From assembly GCA_964035545.1 (NCBI GenBank), contig OZ037765.1, positions 3,916,698 through 3,980,697 of the forward strand: a stretch of DNA of 64,000 nucleotides, given 5' to 3'. A model generated the notes under the pieces. The model searched no databases and was not told where the DNA came from. It was given only the letters and a program-made list of their open reading frames with translations. Of the stretch, positions 36,101 through 48,092 are shown piece by piece; positions within the stretch are counted from its first letter, which is position 1; each line of letters opens with the position of its first letter. The stretch comes from Bugula neritina. Taxonomy: Eukaryota > Animalia > Bryozoa. The translations under genes and the position numbers were made by a program.

Positions 36101-39100
36101 TTGATCTTTAATTTTTATATAAGTTATATTTAACTAATACTAATATTATTTTATATTAATAATATTGAAAAATTTAGTTTTTTTATCATTTCAAATAATG
36201 AAGCTGCACATGTATAGTTTAATAAAAATGTATATTGTATTATTGAAAGTAAATTCACCAAGATACTCTTTAAATGATGAGCCTGAATAGAGTAGTGTGT
36301 AAATCAAACCCATACTCCTCTACTAAAATACAAGAACCATGTGAAAAGTTTTACTTGCCTAGCAAAGTATTGTTGAACATCATTTTTTTCTGTAAAATGA
36401 CATTGATGCAACTGCAACATAATGAATCAAATTTTAACCACCTTGAAAATGAAAACTTAGATATTTACTTTTAATCGATATTTAGTATATGTTAACTTTG
36501 AATTTCACTTCTGGTGAAGTTGTTTATTAATAATAGTACTTAACTAGTAAAGAGATTTATTTTATAGTGGTATGTAACAACAAAGAGTTGACTGGTGAAA
36601 AAATTGAACTTTCTGTATTTCTAATATTTTATGCAATTTGTATGATTTGCAAATAATCAGACAACTTGTTACCTCGGCTACGTGTTTTAAGAAATTTTTC
36701 TGAATCAGCACCTGCTTTGCTTCTGTTTAGTTTTATATAAACTATATTTTGCGTTTTTCAGATAACTCTGACAGTACAACCAACACAAAAATATTAAATT
36801 ATGGTTCAGCTGGAAAGGCTTTCATGTTACTCTTCAACTATAAGATAGAAGCAGACGGATATTTAGTTGGCTGGAAGTATATGATTGGTCATTCTACTGA
36901 CTACTGTGACTCATATGCTGCTATCTGGAGACAGACAGGAGAAGGTAACTCTGCTGTATTCAATCTGGTTACAGAAACTCTACTCACACCTGAAGATTCA
37001 TCTACAGGAGGAATCAGATTCCAGTTTGTACAGAACTCTACAGAAGTAGTTAGAAAAGGAGACTTTCTTGCTCTGTATGTAGAAGACTTGAGTAACTCTG
37101 GTTGTAGAGGTAACCTCGTTTCATTTAGACCAACTGGGCCAGGTGTTGAGCCTGAGGCTCTTATACGCAAATCTAATCCTAACAGAGACAGAGTAAACAG
37201 ACTCACAGGTCTAGATGTTGCAAAGGAATTCAGAGGAGTAGCACTGAGAGCCTACATAGCAGGTCATTATAATATACTGGTCCAATAATCTGTAGTGTGT
37301 TGACCAAGTAATAGTTTTTTTTTTGTAGAGCAGCTAAAGATTTCTTTTTCAACTATTCATCATTTGTTTATTGTTGTTTTCAGTATAATTGCATCACATA
37401 TAGTTCTGATTGCTATATTGTGTCATGTCTGTAACCTTGTCTAAACTAAACTTTGTTCTATTGGGACTGCTGCTCTATAGTTTTATTTTACAACAAAAGC
37501 AAACTTATGCCATAGAATTATTTCCATGCTATTTATATTTACATGATTTAAACTGCAGTACACTAAATATTTTTTAAAATTCAACTTATATATAACTGAA
37601 TAACTTTAAAACTAGGCTTTTTTATCCATTTTCTAGCATTTTTGTCTAAAATTTTAGCTGTGTACTAAATATTTAAAAAAAAATACCATTTACAAACCTT
37701 CACTTTTATGTTAGGTTATTTTTATTACACTACTTAGTATTTTACCACGAGTGTAAAAGGTACATTGGTTGTATTTCTATTTTTCTTAGCTACTGACTAC
37801 TTTATGTAATATTTATACTTATTGACTTTTTTTAGAAATTTTGAAGCTGTCTGGAGACCCAGTATCTTCTCACACAGATGTGTCATCAGGAGAAATCAGA
37901 ATTACATGGGAATTCCCAGCTACTGCACCCAATCAGGAGCTCACAACTACTCATTTTAAAATAGAATGTTCAGACAACTCCAACTTCAACACAATAATAA
38001 GCTTTAAATTAGTTTCTATAGACTACAGAGAGACTGTGATTAGTAATCTGAATATACAACAACCTCACTATGCTAGAGTATCAACTGTGAGGAATTATAA
38101 TGGTGAAGAGTTAATACAAGATGTCTATACAGTCAGCTCTCTGTTCTGTGCAGGTAAATAAATTTAACTATAATAATGAGGATAAAATTAAATTATTAAT
38201 TAAAGGTTTTTGTTAATTGTTCGTGAACCTGTAGTTTTGTGGCCAAAATCTAATTAGTAAAATTAATGAGTTAAACTAGTTACATAGAAGTAATATTCAC
38301 AGAGCTGTTAAAGTCAAGTTGATTTTTATTAAATAATTTTTTCTGAAATTATATGATATTCTAATAAAGATATTGTACATGATTTATATATGTTTGCGTG
38401 CGTCTTAGGTTTTCACAAATTCATATTTACTCAATTTTTTGCTTGGCTCGGCTTGATTTGAAATGTTTTTGTTTGGCATGATGAGTCATTTCTTTGAATT
38501 TACCTCAGCTCATTGAGTATCATCATATTTAGTATCATGTTCTCTGTATTTGAATGTTAGTTTCTGCCATATAAACTAACAATGCTAAATCATGACAGCA
38601 TATATATTTTCATTGTTCATGACTCTGTAGAGCTATGCCTTCTGCATATCAAGTATCTGTTGAAATTACATATACTACTACTACTATATCATGCTAATAA
38701 TATGTATACTTTTTGTATCAGTTAATTACTTGCTTACTGAATGTAGTTCACTTCTCTTTCTTATATTCTGCAGAAAGAGGCGAATTAACATCTGCAGGCG
38801 TTGGGATAACAGAAATTGGTATTCTGAAACCAGGAGAACAGAGAACAGTTACTGTGTCTGTATCTTCACTAGTAAGTCTATATGTTACATTTTTGTTTAT
38901 ATTTCAGTTTTAGAATTAGGTTAAGAAATATGTTTTGTAAAGTGAAGCTCTGTCAACATTATTTAGTAGGTCTATGCCTAAATATATGCTAAATTATTTG
39001 CTGATGTTCCTGAAGGTAGCCCAAATATAATGAACAATTGAACTCAAATTTAAATTTGGTGACTATGTAGAACAATGTTTTAAGAGTTAGTTGAACACAT

Positions 39101-42100
39101 GGATCTACTTTAACTCATTTCCTGTAGCAGGAAACTGATGACTGTGTATCCAGTGTTACAATAACTCATGGAAGTGGACAATTATCCAATCAGAGAAAGA
39201 CAGGTCCATGGAGTTTCACTAAACAGCAAGGTGTGACCTTTGAACTGATTATTAAAGTAGCACTACTAGATGGACATGAGAATATAATATGGCAGGAAGA
39301 ATACACAACTAGTAAAGGTAGGTAGAAGTTGTTATTTCAAGTATGTATAGTGTCATGTGGAGATGACTTTGTTTTTGTTGATTATATTGTGTGTGTGTTT
39401 CTTGTATTGGGAAGGTGTGGGTCATGGTACTCTGTTCTGTGCTGATGGGGGAGACAAACTCTGTAACAGCTGCTGTACACCAACATATTATATTTGTAGC
39501 ACCCAACTCACCTGATGTACTGACAGTTCACACCAGAACTTCTACTTCAGTTACCATCTCCTGGTCTCCAGTAGTTTATACAGATAAGATCTACTCTATT
39601 CAGCAGTATCAGGTGGGTATTATAACCATGAAATATCTCACTATTAAAACATCTGCCAAAACTAACTGGCTATTTTTATCTGTAACTTTCAACATTATGA
39701 AATTCGATTTTCTTACAGGTTATTTTTATATCTTACAATATGAGTACAAATTCCAAAGCTTATGGGTTGTATCATACATACGTGTCTCTGCAAGTTACCA
39801 GGCATCTAATATTTCCTTGTTAAAATTGAGTTGTGTTACATTACGAGGTTGCTGTCAGGTTTATATTATTCATATCCCTAGTTATATAATCAATAATAAC
39901 TGACCATATTTTTTGTAATTTTGACACCTAGTATAAAAATTTGTTACAGAATCTATATTTTTCCTACAATTAGATTTTACTGCAGGTTCTTTTTTTCCTT
40001 GGCTTATAGGTTGAATTTACATTTATGCAAAGGCCAGAAGTTAAATTCAGCTGTTAAACTTTGTTTTTAGGTGCCAATTTAACTTACTACACTTTTTGGG
40101 GGCGTGGCTCTATGCTCCATAACTTAGCTGCATATTACCTTGTTTAACCTGATAATCACCTCTGTAGTAATATTGGTACACAGTATACCCAGTAGTTCAC
40201 TCTTTATTATATGCTCATTATTATGATTGAGGGCGCTAAGTATCAGCATGCTGGTGGTTGAATCCCTCTATGATATTTATTTAGATAAAATGTTACAAGA
40301 AAGGGCATCTTGATATATTTTGGAGTAGAAGTTGTGCTGATAATTTTGTGAAAGTTACCAGGCTTATATTACTTTATTTAACTTCATAATTTTCCATGCA
40401 AGTTGTGCTCCTGGTTTACTAGTCCTCGTTCATTCCTTACACAGTAATATATCCTTGGCATTCCCATTCTTTTTAGATTCTTCTCCGGCGATAAGAATGT
40501 GCTTTTTCCTATTCAAATTTGTTTAAGAAGGGTATCTCCCAATATAAAGATATTTGATACAAAATGAAAATGATATTTGCTCTATATAATACTGTTGTAA
40601 TGTACAATCACCGGTTACAGGTAACATGCATCACAACCAACAACACCTTTAATAATAGTGTGACAGTAAACTCAGTGAGTTACTATAACACATCTGACTC
40701 TTCTACCACCTCTCTAACTATAGAACCACTCTATAGTCAAGTAGAATACAGCTGTACAGTTAAAGCTCTTCTGTCTGAAAATGAGTTTGGAGAAAGTTCT
40801 AGAGAAGTTGTGTTCTGGACTAAACCCGAAGGTAGGTAACTTTAAAGCCACAAAACTTTGGAAAGATTTCAATGCAGTTTTTAACTTTTGGCCCAACATA
40901 TTTCGGTTTTGATAGCCAGTGTTAGAAACCGATTTTTCAGCAAGAGCTGCAAAAACATTTCAATGCAGTTTATTTTAACTTTTGGCCCAATACATATGGG
41001 TTTTGATAGCTAGTGTTAAAAACATATTCAATAGTCTGCAAAAGCTTTAGTTAGTTGGGAGAACATGTCATTAGTTATCAATATAACCAATAAACAATGT
41101 TATTTTAGAGCCAGTGTTGACATACAGCAATGACAATAATACAGTAAATCCATCAGAGGAAACCATCACAGTACCTCTACCAAACATCACATCCTCTGAT
41201 GATATTCTGAAAGGATATGACTCCATGGTTATTGTTGTTGAAAAGTTGTCATCCAGGAAAAAGAGATCCATTACTGTAGATAGTATAGACAATGTGACTG
41301 TTTATATAACAGCATCATTTCCTGTGACCAACTTCTCATCCTCACTTAGTGTTGGTGATAACCAGACATATGGTGGTTACTGGAACAGACCTCTAGACAA
41401 CCAATACTCTTACCACATTGCTGTTGGATTCAAGGCTAAGACTGAAGATGATGTTTTAAAGTTTACAACTATTCCTGGTGCAGAGTCTGTAAGATGTAAG
41501 TGTGTGGCTATGCATGGTACTAGAATTTCATTGTGTGTTCAGATTTTTAGTTGAGGTTTTGGTTGAATTAGAGATCAGTGCGCTCACTTGTCTCTGTATA
41601 TTGAGATAACATGAAGAGATCATATTTTACTCATATGTATATTATACAGTGAAAGGAGCTCCTCCTAGCGATAGAACTACTGAGAAGACTGTAGAAGCAA
41701 CACAGAAACCGGGGAGTATGCAGGGAGGAATTATTGGGGGTGTCGTCGGAGGACTGACAGCTCTGGTTATAGTGGTGGTGGTAGTGGTTGTAGCTATGAA
41801 AAGACGTAAGAAGTAAGCAACTTGCATGTGTAGAACTGTTTCTGTTAATAACGAAATAATATGTTGAATATATATTTGTATTTGTTACATTTTAGCTGGG
41901 ATTCTGAAAATCCTAAACCCTCCTCATCTTCTCACCTCCGCCGACCTGTCTCAGAGAAACCTCTCAGTAAGTATTACTGTAGTGTAGCTTTGTGGATACA
42001 CTTCAGATAGTAAAAAGCTTGTTTCTGATTATAAAGAGACTATACGAGTATCTACATGGTAACCCATGAAGCCATCGGAAAACTCGAATAGAATGACTGA

Positions 42101-45100
42101 ATGTCATTGATAGTTCTTGGTTACCATTGCAGCTATTTTTATACTATACCTTTGCATTATTAAAGCTGATGAGTCACGTAAAAATAATTGAAATTGAAAA
42201 ATGATTAAATATTGCTAAACATGGAACAATAATTTAGTTTAGAATTTTTCTTTTTGTTTGTTGACAAATTGTTACTGCAGTTTTAGACCACTTATCAAAC
42301 AGAAATCTTTTAGCATCTACAGCTTCATAATATACAGTTTACAGTAGTTTTCTCTTCTTAAAAGCTGAATTAACAAGTCAATATGCAGCAACTGGGAAAA
42401 GTTAAATTAGGAATTTCATTGAATGATCATTCTAACTGTTTATAGCTTTTTTTCAAGGTTAGAATCCTGATTCTTAATTTTGTTTTGATTTTTTTCTCAT
42501 AATCTATAATTTTACACCATTGCTGTATGTTTATCTGTCTTATAGAAGCCCCTAAACCTGTAGGTAGTACTGCACCTTCTTCTACAGTACCTGAAGCTAC
42601 GACCCTTGTCAGGAAGAATAATAGTGCTGAGGGGTCACATGATCAACATACAGACAACACGTATGAGAATACAGCTAAACTAAGTCCAGCTGCATCACGG
42701 CCTCTGCTCATTCCACAACTTCACTCAATTATCAGTGCGGAAATCAGCACCTTCCAGAAAGACTCTTTCAAAGAAGAGTTTTTGGTTAGTTTTTACAGTT
42801 ATTGATTTTATAAACTCTTGATATATAATTTATGGTGTCCGATAAAAGTTGCACAGGTAAAACGGGCACAGGTGGCAAAGTAGGTAAAAATGGCACATTT
42901 TCAAAATCAAACTTAGGGCTTTAGAATGGGGGTTTGTGCTATGGATTGGGGGTTTGGAGTTGAAGGATTAGCGTTTTGAGTTTGGAGTTGAAGGATTGGG
43001 TTTGGGGAGAAAATTTACCATCGTTACCTACTTTCCATTTGTGCCATTATTACTTAAAGTGGGGTGTGACTAAAATGGGTGGCCACCCGGTGTCGCGGTC
43101 CGTGACACCCATTTTAGTCATAAGGGGGTGTTTTGACTAAAATGGGCGTCGCGAAGAATTTTCGTTTTATTTCCAGATTTTTAGACAGTTGTGACTGTTG
43201 AGATTATTGTTAAATAAATCTTCAGTGAATAATAAACATTTCACAATCGTTTAAACCAAAAACATAGATAAATAATGATAAAATTAAAACAATTATAACA
43301 AAGACCAAACTCGTCAAGAGTTATCTTTCCTCCTTAAAAAAATTAATTTTCACCTAATTTTATTGTTATTGTTAAGATCATAGACATGCCGACTTATAAA
43401 ACATATACTTTAAGCTAGTAAAAATGCTGGGAGTACTATATTGGGAAAACGAAAATGCTCACAAAGTTTAACAAAAATAAATATTTTCGCGACACCCATA
43501 TTAGTTCAAATAACCCAGAATGACTAAAATGGGTGTCACAAGAATTTTTGATTAGCATTTAGCATTAAGAACAGATATAATTTTACAATTGACATCATTA
43601 AACTGCTTTTGCATTTTTACACCTACTTAGCTAACTAAAAAGTTATAAAACTGCGACATAAAAATGAATAAAATTAAAGTCATTGTGAAAACCCTTGGGG
43701 TCAAAAACTAGGGGGTGTCGCGAAGAATTCAATACATGTATTTTAACTTAATTCCATAGTTATTTTTCAGTTTCTAGACATGCTGACTATGGAACCATAT
43801 ACATTAAACTAGTAAAAATACTGAGAGGAATATTAACAAAAAAATGTTCACAAAATGTGAAAATAAAACTAAAAATCTTTGCGACACCCATTTTAGTCAT
43901 TTGGAGGCGCTTTGACTAAAATGGGTGTCAGGGTGATTTTTGTTTTATTCTTTAGCTTTTTTGGCAATTTTTGTTGCTAAATTGGTTGTTGATCAAAGCT
44001 TTAGGAAAACTCTAATATATAATAACTGTTTCACCCCAAATGACAGTAGTATTAAATAATAATTTACAATAATAAAAACCCAAACTATCAGTGACACTCC
44101 CTAGAATTATCTTCCCTTAGTTCTTAGTTTTGTTTTTATGATTTTTCTCTAATATTTGTGAGTATTAAAGATTTTATTAATTTTAATTAGTAAAAGCATG
44201 TAAAAGTTTCAACATGACAATTTATAGTATCCAAAACCGCCCAGAAAGCTACAAATAAAGCAAAAATCACCGTGACACCCATTCTAGTCACTCGTGGGTG
44301 TTTTTTCTAATATGGGTGTCGCGAAGATTTTTAGTTTTGTTTTCACATTTTGTAGACATGTTTGTTTGTTATCATTGCTCAAAATGTTTTTAATAGTTTG
44401 AAGTATATGTTTCATAAGTTAGCATGTCTATGATCATAATGATAACAGTAAAATTAAGTAAAAATTAAATTTTTGATGAGGAAAGATAACTCTCGATAAG
44501 TTTAGTTTTTGTTAAAATTAATTTAATTTAATCATTAGTTATTTATGTTTTTTTGGTTTAAATGATTGTGAAACGTTAATTATTCACTGAAGATTTCTTC
44601 AATAACAATTTCAGCAGTTACAAATGTCTAAAAATCTGAAAATAAAACGAAAGTTTTTCGCGACACCCATTTTAGTCAAAACCCCCCCTTATGACTAAAA
44701 TAGGTGTCACGGACCACGACACCGGGTGGCCACCCATTTTAGTCACACCCCTTAAAGTGATATTTTAGGGCTAAATAGTTTGTATTACTTTACTCATTAG
44801 TTAGAAGAACCTGTTGCTGGTAGATGGCTTAACTTATTTGAATTATTTTCCAATAAAATTGAATATTTTTCAGCAAATCAAAGCTCCTGCTCTGCCTTGT
44901 AAAGTTAGCCGGCTGCCAGAAAATGTAAAGAGAAACAGATTCAAGAATATCATTGCAGGTAACATTATGAGTAGAAAAGCTGTTTGCTTAAAGTTTAGTT
45001 TAATTTGTGAGTTTCTAAAGGATTTTTGTGCATACAAATGTGAAGGTCATGTGAAGGTGACATGCTGGATTATGAGTCTCTACAAGATATTTGCACAATG

Positions 45101-47422
45101 ACATCAAACTATCTAAATGCTATCTATTAGTAGTATAGTATATATTTAATACTTGCAATATACTATATATTTCATACTTGTAATATACTATATATTTTAT
45201 ACTTGTAATATACTATATATTTCATACTTGTAATATTGTAATATTTTTAGCTGATGAAACTCGAGTGAAGCTGAAGGTAGATGAGTATGACTCAGACTAT
45301 GTCAATGCCAACTACATTCAAGTACGCCACTATTTATTTGATACTCTTTCCAGCATTTGTTGAGACACTCTTTGTTTATTCAATAGCAACTGAAGTGCAT
45401 TTGCTACATAATTGTCGATTCAGATGTGGCAGTGATGAAATTTTCGTATTCATATTTGCTCAAATGTCTCAAAGTTGTACTTTAGTAAAAATTTGCATGT
45501 GTGTTGCTTGGAAATTAATTCAATTCATTGTCTTTCCTAGTTATTAATAATTTGCCATCTTTATTCAATTTTATTTATTTATTCATTATTAGTAATACTA
45601 ATCATATACATTAATTATCAGGCTATCATTCTGAACTATATGTTTTAGGATTATCATGGTCGTCAAAGGTTCATTGCTTGTCAAGGTACTCATTACAATT
45701 ACTATGTATCTTTTATGTCTTATATATGTGCGTGCGCGTGTTGGTGTACATATAATATGATAGTTATAGCTCATAGAAACAAATAATTTTCATATGACTA
45801 AAATACTTATTGTTGTGATTTTGTTTACTGTTTTTTGTTGAGATTATCATATGATTGATATTTTGTTACAGCTGCTCACCTGTTACTCAAAAGTGTCCAA
45901 TGGTAAAGCTGCATTCATGTTTCCTTGTTGTTATCAGTGCTGCTATTGGTTACTATCTATTAAGTTGCGTTTATACCTTCACGATTTTCGGTCAAAATTT
46001 CAATTTGGCCGGGTTGAAATTTCTCCGAGTTGCATTGCATTGTAAAAGCCACCCGTTGAAATTTTTGTACTGTGATAACTTAATCGGCCAATTTTAGAAT
46101 AGGAGTAATAACTCCTTGTAAACATCGTTATTTAGTTATTACTTTGGCGATTAGACAACGTACTTATACGGTTATAATTATATAGCCTACGCCTTCTCAA
46201 TTATCGCTTTTATGCTTTCCGCTTCACTAATTCACGACGTTTACAAAGGGCATCAAATAGCTATTATGCGAGTCAAATTTCAATTTCAGAAAGTGAGCAA
46301 CCGCATCAATATGATTTCAACGAGTTTCGGTTTGACTATAAAGGGGTACCCGGACAAGCATTATTAACTTAAACTCGGTACTTTTTTCAGCAGAGGTATA
46401 AACGCAACTTTAGATTGCTAGTTGGTCTGCTATCCTCTGTCCAGTTACTATCCTCTGTTATTGTTTTAGTAATCCAACAATTAATGTTAAGAGATTTCAA
46501 TGGAGACATCAATGTGACTATGATCTCTATTATTCCTGTGTTTGATGTTTTCAGTGAATTTAGTATGTTGTGTATGTGTCTACTTGTTTGGGGTACATTC
46601 AACTAGCACACTTACTTTGTACATTCCTGTGGTCAGCCATATAATGTAATGCTTTTGTGTATCTCCTGACTTAATGTAATGTACTTCAGTGTTCATGAAA
46701 AATGATTTTACTTTTCTTCAGAAAAGTATGTTATTTTTAGAATTAGCATGTTGCAATGATTTATTATTTTTTAATTATCTGATTATCATCAGCAAAAAGT
46801 TTTATATTATATTTCTGCATCTTATACAGCCGTAAGTCTCTTTCTCTTGTGTATAGTGTATAGCTCCTAACAGCTTTCACTGATGATAAAATGCTTAGAA
46901 ATGAGGCACAATGTCTGGCAAAGTGTTGACTTTAAAATTTGTTTGCTTTGAAATAAATTTGAGATGAACCTGAAATATACTTAAGTGAATTAATTTAGCG
47001 AGATTTCTCAATTCGATAAACCTGAACTCTATTCATGTGTTTTCATTTGACATAATATAAAGTGAGTCCTAATATATTGCAGGACCAAATGATGCGACCC
47101 TGGAAGACATGTGGAGACTAATCCATGACTCTGGTACTTCTACTATAGTGATGCTGACTAACCCAGTGGAGGCTACAAAGGTTGGACTTCCTGTACAGTC
47201 TGCTCCGTGTTGTGTGAAATTATCAACTGTTGGTTGTTGGTAAATGTATGTCTTGTGTTTGTAGAAAAAGTGTTCAGTTTACTGGCCTGACAGCAGCGTA
47301 GTTAGTGTGACCTTTGGAAAGTTCAAGGTCACTCTGATAGAGGAGCAGATGTTTGCCGAATATGTTGTCAGAAAACTCAAGTATACTTTCAATAAGGTGA
47401 GTCAGACTACTTCTACTAGTAG

Positions 47423-47506
<84 letters not shown>

Positions 47507-47731
47507 CACTACTACCACTACTACCACTACTACTACTAGTACTACTACTACTACTATTACTACTACTACTGCTGCTACTACTGCTGCTACTGCTGCTGCT
47601 GCTGCTACTACTACTACTAGTACTACCACTACTACTACTACCACTACCAATACTTCTACTACTACTACTACTGTTACTACTACTGCTGCTACTACTACTA
47701 TTACTACTACTAGTACTACTACTACTACTAT

Positions 47732-47775
<44 letters not shown>

Positions 47776-47829
47776 GTACTACTACTGCTACTACTACTAC
47801 TGCTGCTACTGCTACTAGTACTACTACTG

Positions 47830-47871
<42 letters not shown>

Positions 47872-48001
47872 GTACTACTACTACTACTGCTGCTACTGCT
47901 GCTGCTGCTACTACTACTGCTAGTACTACCACTACCAATACTTCTACTACTACTACTACTGTTACTACTACTGCTGCTACTACTACTATTACTACTACTA
48001 G

Positions 48002-48092
<91 letters not shown>

